The translations under genes and the position numbers were made by a program. Shown here one piece after another: positions 25,869 through 32,000 of a stretch of 32,000 nucleotides of DNA (positions are counted from its first letter, which is position 1; the number at the start of each line of letters is the position of its first letter). Under the pieces are notes generated by a model. That model was not told the origin of the DNA, ran no database searches, and saw only the letters and a list, made by a program, of their open reading frames with translations. The stretch covers positions 900,001-932,000 of the forward strand of contig NC_010085.1 of NCBI RefSeq assembly GCF_000018465.1. The letters run 5' to 3'. This DNA comes from Nitrosopumilus maritimus SCM1 (lineage in GTDB: Archaea > Thermoproteota > Nitrososphaeria > Nitrososphaerales > Nitrosopumilaceae).

Positions 25869-26360
25869 CTAAATTGAAATTATTGTTAGAACAGAATCTT
25901 TTGTGATGTTGTTTTGTTCAATAAAGCCAGCAGTCACCTCAAGAACATACAATGCTTCATTTTCAGGTACCACACTTTGACATGTAGCAATTTCTAGAGC
26001 GGCTTTGCATGGAGGTACATCTTGTTCCATGTGGACCATTTTTCCATTTTCATCAAACCACATCATATCAAGTGAAAATTGCATATTAAGCATCCATAAA
26101 GAATACAATCCAGATTCATCAAAGACAAAGATCATGCCTTGATCATAGGGTAATTGATCTTGAAACATCAAACCACGTACTCTTCGAGGCTCATTATCTG
26201 CTATCTGTACTTCAAGCGGGACATCATCAACTTTGATCGTACCCCTAGGAAATTCAACTGATTCCAACTTACTTTCTTCAGGAATAGACATCAAGCCTAC
26301 AACCCCAATAATAACAGCAGCAATAGATATGGGGATTAGTGCCTGAGCCCTAGTAGTCAT
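25869..26360 (-). CDS. DUF192 family protein, membrane-anchored
   Basis: EPRRVRGLMFQDQLPYDQGMIFVFDESGLYSLWMLNMQFSLDMMWFDENGKMVHMEQDVPPC. Confidence 0.92.
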   Translation of the reverse strand: MTTRAQALIPISIAAVIIGVVGLMSIPEESKLESVEFPRGTIKVDDVPLEVQIADNEPRRVRGLMFQDQLPYDQGMIFVFDESGLYSLWMLNMQFSLDMMWFDENGKMVHMEQDVPPCKAALEIATCQSVVPENEALYVLEVTAGFIEQNNITKDSVLTIISI

Positions 26361-26445
26361 GTTTTGAATTGAGTACGGCTTTTAAAATACGTTAATTATT
26401 TTTGAAGTCGAGGACATTTATACAAATAATTAGAAATTACAATAA

Positions 26446-27189
26446 TTGTCTGAAGATAAAGTATTACCAAAAGATAGTGATTCAGATTACAGCTTACCGG
26501 GTCGTTATGAAGAAAGTAATTTTACATATGAACAACCAGCTATATCTTACGAAAACACACCAAGATCTAAAAGTAAAGGTCTTGCAATAGGAGTAATAGC
26601 TTTTGCAATCATATCAACAGGGTTTTTTTCATATTATTTTTTAAACCAAAATGAAATTGATTCACAAATTGTACAAAATACATTGAACATTAGTCCTGAA
26701 CAAATTTTGGCAAATCAATACAATGTTGGAAAGTATGGTAGTGATCATGCACATGCTGCAATACTTGTAGTATTAGATGGAGAACAATTGAATTTTGGAT
26801 TACCACAATTTCAATTAGCCAGCAAATACATTCATTTTGAAGATCATAATCCATATTTGATTCATAAACATGCAACAGGAGTACCATTAGAAATGCTATT
26901 TGTATCAATTGGATTAAAAATAACACAAGAGTGTATTTTTATCGAATATGATTTTTCCAATAAAGTTAATGAGTTTTGTGCAGATGAAAAGAAAATAGTT
27001 CATGTTTATCTTAACGGAGAAAAATTCTCATCAGACATATCACAGTATGAAATTCAACATAATGACAGAATACTAATTACATTAGATGAAACATCGATTT
27101 CAAAACACTTGAAGTATTTAGATTCATTTGAGATATTTGATGTGCCAAAAAAACCACTAGTTAATTCAGATAAAGATATTCTCATCTAA
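26446..27189 (+). CDS. conserved hypothetical protein with one N-terminal TM and a His-rich extracellular domain
   Basis: IGVIAFAIISTGFFSYYFL; YGSDHAHAAILVVLDGEQLNF...YIHFEDHNPYLIHKHATGVPL. Confidence 0.8.
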   Translation: MSEDKVLPKDSDSDYSLPGRYEESNFTYEQPAISYENTPRSKSKGLAIGVIAFAIISTGFFSYYFLNQNEIDSQIVQNTLNISPEQILANQYNVGKYGSDHAHAAILVVLDGEQLNFGLPQFQLASKYIHFEDHNPYLIHKHATGVPLEMLFVSIGLKITQECIFIEYDFSNKVNEFCADEKKIVHVYLNGEKFSSDISQYEIQHNDRILITLDETSISKHLKYLDSFEIFDVPKKPLVNSDKDILI

Positions 27190-27197
27190 GAAAACAT

Positions 27198-27554
27198 CTA
27201 GTGATTCATTACAGATGTTTTAAAATCACTAATTGATGTAATGGTGTTTTTTGTTTGATGTCCAATATCGTGAATTGTGGCACTGTTGTATTTCTTCTCC
27301 AAATATCTACCTGCAACTATCATAGGGCCACCGACTGCACAAGTCACACCAGTAGGTTCTGGAATCCACAACATCAAAAAGCCTATTTTTTGGAGTTTTT
27401 TGCCAGGAGCAGGAGCTTTCTGAAGGGCACCTAATGAACGAGCAGTACGACTATCATCCATTTTTGCAACATCAGAGTACAAATTTGCTCTTCGTTTTGC
27501 TGATTCGGAGATTTTTCTTATTTTTTCTAGTCGTTCTTTTAGAGGATCTGCCAT
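27198..27554 (-). CDS. conserved hypothetical protein (118 aa)
   Basis: ORF with compact hydrophobic segment IGFLMLWIPEPTGVTCAVGGPMIVAG; convergent to 26446-27189. Confidence 0.7.
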   Translation of the reverse strand: MADPLKERLEKIRKISESAKRRANLYSDVAKMDDSRTARSLGALQKAPAPGKKLQKIGFLMLWIPEPTGVTCAVGGPMIVAGRYLEKKYNSATIHDIGHQTKNTITSISDFKTSVMNH

Positions 27555-27603
27555 TCTTATATCAAATATTGGAAAAATTAGTTAAGATTCAAAGATCAAC
27601 AAC

Positions 27604-27632
27604 GGTTACTTCTGAGTCAACAAAGAGTAACC
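27604..27632. promoter_or_regulatory. 7-bp perfect inverted repeat GGTTACT-N15-AGTAACC in the divergent intergenic region
   Basis: Arms 27604-27610 and 27626-27632, upstream of the DtxR/MntR-like gene. Confidence 0.3.
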
Positions 27633-27690
27633 AAAAATCTCTGAAAAAGACACTCAATTATAGTAGATAAAATTTAGATACAAAGATTAC

Positions 27691-28155
27691 ATGAAGACCA
27701 AAAATTCCAAAAGACTAGATTCCATAAAAGCAGCACATCAATCAGAAAGAGCTCGCTCTAGTACTAGAATGGAGGATTATTTGGAAATTATTTCAGAATT
27801 AGTTGAATTAAAGGGATATGCAACTACTTTAGATATTTCAAGATACATGAATGTAAGCGCACCCAGCGTTACCAAAATGTTACAAAGATTAGATGAAGGA
27901 GGATATCTAGAATATGAAAAATATCATGGAATCAATTTAACAAAAAAAGGAATAGAAGTTGCAGATGGAATAAGACAGAAGCATGGAATATTGTTAGAAT
28001 TTTTTGAGATTTTAGGTATTGGATATGATACTGCAAATCAAGACACAGAAGGAATTGAACATCATCTAAATCCAAAGACAATAAAACAATTAAGAAAATT
28101 CATTACATTTTTAAAAGCAAATCCAAAGATTATTGAAAATTTCAAAAATCTTTGA
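27691..28155 (+). CDS. DtxR/MntR-family metal-dependent transcriptional regulator
   Basis: RMEDYLEIISELVELKGYATTLDISRYMNVSAPSVTKMLQRLDEGGYLEYEKYHGINLTKKGIEVADGIRQKHGILLEFFEILGI. Confidence 0.93.
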   Translation: MKTKNSKRLDSIKAAHQSERARSSTRMEDYLEIISELVELKGYATTLDISRYMNVSAPSVTKMLQRLDEGGYLEYEKYHGINLTKKGIEVADGIRQKHGILLEFFEILGIGYDTANQDTEGIEHHLNPKTIKQLRKFITFLKANPKIIENFKNL

Positions 28156-29959
28156 GAAATAATTGAATATCGTTTTGGGATGAAGCTAGTTTCATCAAGG
28201 TCCTTGCAACATCAGAGCGTTTTGGAATTTTGATTTGTCCCTTTTTACCAATCCTAGTTGATGTAATGTATTCATCACGAACATAAACGTCTGCATGCAT
28301 TGAAGTGTACTCTTTACTAACAGTGAGGATTAGAGCTGTTTTTGATTCTGAAAAAGTAAAAGGCAAATCGTTGGAGTCTAAATTATAGTGTTCAGAGTCT
28401 TTTTGAACCACATCAACATGTACTTGAAGGGATTTTTCGATTTCATTAATGTTAGAACCTCCTCTACCAATGATTGATGGTATGTATTGTTCATCAACCA
28501 TCACCTTAACTCTGTTATCAGATAGAATCTCAACTTGTGCTCTAGGATCATACTTTTTGAATGTCTCACGAATTTTCTCTTCAGCTAGTTTTTCAATTCC
28601 TACTTTGGTTTTTTTCCCTACAGGAACTATCACATTTTCCTCTCCAAATGTATAGATTTCATGCTCCAACGTATTATCAGCAAAATCACGAATTTCAATA
28701 ACAGGTCTAGCAAGATCAGACTCAGTCATTCCAGAAGGTACCTTTACCTTTAATTCTAAATCATAGACTTTTTTGATTTGTCCATCTTTAACAAACACGA
28801 CAGTATCCAAAACATTTGGAATAATTCCAAGCTCAATCTTTCCAATGAATCTTTGAATTGCATCTAAAGGAGAATTTGCATGAACTACTCCCACCATCCC
28901 AACTCCAGTCAATCTCAAATCAGCAAAGGTTCTGAAATCTTCGCGTCTCCTTACCTCATCAAAGACAGTATAATCTGGACGAACTAAGAGCAAGATATCA
29001 GCAGTATTATCAAAACTCCCATCAAGCTTACTGTATTGAGTAATACCAGGATCAACTTGCAAGTCACGAGGAGATTCGAATGTTTTTACAATCTTTCCCT
29101 TGTTATGATAAAAATTTGCTAGTCCTGAAGCCAAAGTACTTTTTCCAGAACCAGGAGCACCTGAAATTACAATTCCTTCTGCCCTATCAGAGAATCGCTC
29201 CATTAGTTTTTCAGAGATATCATAATCTTCAAGAGACATTTGGATTATTGGATGAACTATTGTTATCTCAAAAGATTCAGAGAATGGAGGATGAGTAATT
29301 GCGATTCGATAGTCTTCATGCTGTACTACTGAAGCACCTGTTTTTGATATTTCAATAGTGCCAGAATCATTTGCATTTGCAATATCTAGAATTTGAGAAG
29401 AAATCATTTCCAGATACTCTCGTGAAAGAATATCATCGCTGATTTTTGTAAGTAAAAAGGCACCAGGTTTACCGCGTTTAGCAAGTGGATGTTGGTTTTC
29501 TTTTAGATGGACACTCATTGTTTCAGCATCAAAAAACTTTAGAAATTCCAAAGTTTCTTTAGGGATCTCTGTTTTCAAAAATACAGTTTGAATTCCTTCT
29601 GCTTGTGCAACTAAATGCTGAACATGATCAGATGTGTAAAGGGTAGCATTGTTTTGTTTTGCCATATCCGCAATTAAAGCATCAATTCTTCCACCTCCGG
29701 CAAGTTTAATTTCATCAGAAGACAGATGGGTGCCTTTTTGGATTACTTCTAAACCAAAACTGCCAGAAAGATCTTTTAGTTTACGAATTTTTTCTAACCC
29801 CACAAATCCCTGCTCTTTTTTATTTGATGCTTGTGATTGTAATTCGTCTAATACTGCTTGAGGAATGATGATTTGGGAGTTTTTAACAGATCCTTTTTCT
29901 ATTTGAGATATTAATTGACCATTAATTATAACACTGGTATCAACTACAATTTTTGACAT
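28142..29959 (-). CDS. PIN domain - PilT/VirB11-like ATPase - KH domain protein (PINA-like)
   Basis: PIN: KIVVDTSVIINGQLISQIEKG; Walker A: ISGAPGSGKSTL; KH: IPSIIGRGGSNINEIEKSL. Confidence 0.93.
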   Translation of the reverse strand: MSKIVVDTSVIINGQLISQIEKGSVKNSQIIIPQAVLDELQSQASNKKEQGFVGLEKIRKLKDLSGSFGLEVIQKGTHLSSDEIKLAGGGRIDALIADMAKQNNATLYTSDHVQHLVAQAEGIQTVFLKTEIPKETLEFLKFFDAETMSVHLKENQHPLAKRGKPGAFLLTKISDDILSREYLEMISSQILDIANANDSGTIEISKTGASVVQHEDYRIAITHPPFSESFEITIVHPIIQMSLEDYDISEKLMERFSDRAEGIVISGAPGSGKSTLASGLANFYHNKGKIVKTFESPRDLQVDPGITQYSKLDGSFDNTADILLLVRPDYTVFDEVRRREDFRTFADLRLTGVGMVGVVHANSPLDAIQRFIGKIELGIIPNVLDTVVFVKDGQIKKVYDLELKVKVPSGMTESDLARPVIEIRDFADNTLEHEIYTFGEENVIVPVGKKTKVGIEKLAEEKIRETFKKYDPRAQVEILSDNRVKVMVDEQYIPSIIGRGGSNINEIEKSLQVHVDVVQKDSEHYNLDSNDLPFTFSESKTALILTVSKEYTSMHADVYVRDEYITSTRIGKKGQIKIPKRSDVARTLMKLASSQNDIQLFLKDF

Positions 29960-30184
29960 ATTACAGATTATCGTTAAGGCGTATACTAATTATCGTTTCC
30001 TGAAAATATTACAAGGAGATTTTTGAGGGCTTAAATCAAAATGTTTTTCATTGGCAAAAAATGTCATTTTCATGTATCGTAGCAAATCATCATATTCAAG
30101 AAATCATGCTGCTTAAAGAAAATAAGCTCCAAGAACTAAAATCACTCACTCTGTTCAAAAAATGCTAATTTGACAAAATACAGT

Positions 30185-30322
30185 ATGAGCATACATGAAA
30201 AAAACAAAGAATTTTACAAAAACTGTACACAATATTTTGAATTCTTGCGTAAAATTGGAAGAACAGACTATGAGTTTGAAGATGAGTACTATTTTACCAT
30301 GCCTGCAATATCTAACAGTTAG
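30185..30322 (+). CDS. possible 45-aa small ORF
   Basis: Hand translation MSIHEKNKEFYKNCTQYFEFLRKIGRTDYEFEDEYYFTMPAISNS*; lies in an otherwise empty gap. Confidence 0.3.
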   Translation: MSIHEKNKEFYKNCTQYFEFLRKIGRTDYEFEDEYYFTMPAISNS

Positions 30323-30362
30323 AGACCAGAAGACTTAGGAATACCTCCAAGTTCCATAGCAT

Positions 30363-31784
30363 ATGGATACCCAACTAGAAGAATTTGCAGATTATGCCAT
30401 AAAATATGCAGATGATGCAAAAGTGCAGTATTGTGACATAAGATCTGAAGAACAAGAAAGAGTATCAATACTAATTGAAAATGGAGAAACAGAACACGTT
30501 AGAACAATTAATGATTCAGGAATTGGAATAAGATTAGTAAAAGATGGGACATGGAGTTTTTGTTCAATTACAAATCCAGAATCAAAAGAGCAAGTAAGAA
30601 AAGCAATTGACAGTTCCATTAAAAATTCAATGCATTATGCAAAAAACAAAAAAGAATCATTTTCACTTTATCCAAATAAAAGCATTCAAAAAAAGATAGA
30701 CTACCATACAGAACAAAAACCAAACTTAGAGGAATTAATCAAAATAGGCACAATATGTAACAAAATCATTTCAGATACTCCAAAAATTATCAAATCAATA
30801 GTAAATCCATGGTATACAAATAACTCAAAATATTTTGCAAACAGTGAAGGCTCAAAAATTTCACAGAATTTTTCAGATGTTGTAATTGATATGGTTGCTA
30901 TTGCACACGAATCAGGATTAACTCAATCAGTAAACATAACAGAAGGTGGTAGAGGTGGCATAGAACAAATTACTAAAGGAGACAAAGCACAAAACAGCGC
31001 ACAAGAGATTGCAAAAAAGGCATCGAAATTATTATCAGCAAAACCTGCAAAAGAAGAAAAAGCCACCGTGGTTATGAATCCAGATTTTGTTTCATTACTC
31101 ACACACGAAATATTGGGTCACCCATCAGAGGCAGACAGAGTTTTAGGAAAAGAGATGGCATGGGCAGGAGGAGCATGGTGGAAAGGAAAAATTGGAGAAA
31201 AAATTGGTTCTGAGCATCTAAATGTCTTTGATGATCCTACAATTGAAGAGAGTTTAGGATGGTATCTTTTTGATGATGAGGGAGTTCAAACAAAAAAGAC
31301 AACTCTAGTAGAAGAAGGAGTTTTGAAGAATCATATGCAAAATAGAGAGACAGGGAAAATTTTCAATGAAGAACCCACTGGAAATATGAGGGCAACAAAC
31401 TATCGATTCATGCCATTGATTCGAATGGCATGCACATGTATTGAAAATGGAGACTGGGATGTAGATGAAATGATTAAAGAAGTAAAAAACGGATATTTGA
31501 TTTCAAACATGAAGATTCCATCAATTGATATGAAGAGATACAATTGGAGCATATCTTGTCAATATGCACAAAAAATTGAGAATGGAGAAGTGACTGACTT
31601 GCTTAGAGATGTCATTGTTATGGGAACTGCGCCAGAATTTTTCCAATCAATTGACGCATGTGGAAATGACTTTACAGTAAGACCAATTACAAATTGTGGA
31701 AAAGGAGATCCGATGCAGTCAATGATCATGGGAAATGGAGGACCTTCTATTAGAGGGGTTGCAACAGTAAAGAGTGTGAACTAG
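30363..31784 (+). CDS. tldD: TldD/PmbA-family metalloprotease-like protein
   Basis: VSLLTHEILGHPSEADRVLGKEMAWAGGAWW (HExxxH); TGNMRATNYRFMPLIRMACTCIENGDWDVDEMI. Confidence 0.93.
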   Translation: MDTQLEEFADYAIKYADDAKVQYCDIRSEEQERVSILIENGETEHVRTINDSGIGIRLVKDGTWSFCSITNPESKEQVRKAIDSSIKNSMHYAKNKKESFSLYPNKSIQKKIDYHTEQKPNLEELIKIGTICNKIISDTPKIIKSIVNPWYTNNSKYFANSEGSKISQNFSDVVIDMVAIAHESGLTQSVNITEGGRGGIEQITKGDKAQNSAQEIAKKASKLLSAKPAKEEKATVVMNPDFVSLLTHEILGHPSEADRVLGKEMAWAGGAWWKGKIGEKIGSEHLNVFDDPTIEESLGWYLFDDEGVQTKKTTLVEEGVLKNHMQNRETGKIFNEEPTGNMRATNYRFMPLIRMACTCIENGDWDVDEMIKEVKNGYLISNMKIPSIDMKRYNWSISCQYAQKIENGEVTDLLRDVIVMGTAPEFFQSIDACGNDFTVRPITNCGKGDPMQSMIMGNGGPSIRGVATVKSVN

Positions 31785-32000
31785 ATGAACCAGTTAGAGA
31801 CAATAAAACAGAATGTGATTAAATGTACAAAATGTGATTTGTATAAAACAAGAACAAATTCAGTTCCAGGTAAAGGTAATTTTCAATCAGACGTGATATT
31901 TGTTGGGGAGGCACCTGGAAGAAACGAGGATAAGAATGGAGAGCCATTTGTAGGTGCAGCAGGAAAGAAACTTTCTGCAGCATTAGAAGGGGCAGGAGTT
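31785..32000 (+). CDS. family-4 type uracil-DNA glycosylase (truncated by window end)
   Basis: Hand translation MNQLETIKQNVIKCTKCDLYKTRTNSVPGKGNFQSDVIFVGEAPGRNEDKNGEPFVGAAGKKLSAALEGAGV: Fe-S CxxC and GEAPGxxED motifs. Confidence 0.92.
   Translation, partial: MNQLETIKQNVIKCTKCDLYKTRTNSVPGKGNFQSDVIFVGEAPGRNEDKNGEPFVGAAGKKLSAALEGAGV

Noticed and set aside
1-32000. Search by eye for tRNA/rRNA genes, transposases, integrases, defence genes and prophage modules
   Set aside because: No convincing T-loop/anticodon arrangement, transposase motif or phage protein was seen; a covariance-model scan (tRNAscan-SE, Infernal) would be needed to confirm absence.

Overview
The window is AT-rich, densely packed archaeal chromosome that looks like an ammonia-oxidising Nitrososphaeria (Thaumarchaeota), Nitrosopumilus/Nitrosarchaeum-like. 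This assignment rests on protein content and was not checked by any search. Recognisable core genes: RNA polymerase subunit P (Rpo12), ribosomal protein S10, EF-1alpha, archaeal fructose-1,6-bisphosphate aldolase/phosphatase, ATP-dependent DNA ligase, tRNA-splicing endonuclease, 3-hydroxyacyl-CoA dehydrogenase, DtxR/MntR-like regulator, PIN-ATPase-KH protein (PINA-like), TldD and a truncated family-4 uracil-DNA glycosylase. I see no CRISPR array, transposon, prophage or tRNA/rRNA gene. Items most worth a second look: (1) a tandem SDR protein (17089-18855) whose layout resembles the C-terminal half of Chloroflexus malonyl-CoA reductase, but with YxxxK changed to YTASQ, coupled to a MaoC-like hot-dog protein that seems to lack the catalytic Asp/His; (2) a GC-rich two-hairpin element at 24289-24337 in an AT-rich gap, with G.U wobbles and a TATA-like box that both favour a minus-strand small RNA or 5' leader; (3) a set of very small zinc-finger-like proteins, including a 55-aa C2H2 ORF missing from the supplied track; (4) a J-domain/ferredoxin fusion; (5) a cache/HAMP/PAS sensor with no histidine kinase domain next to a stand-alone receiver; (6) two large secreted proteins, one with 294-bp near-identical FN3 repeats and a plastocyanin-like domain lacking the usual axial Met, the other with NHL blades carrying Cys-pair insertions.
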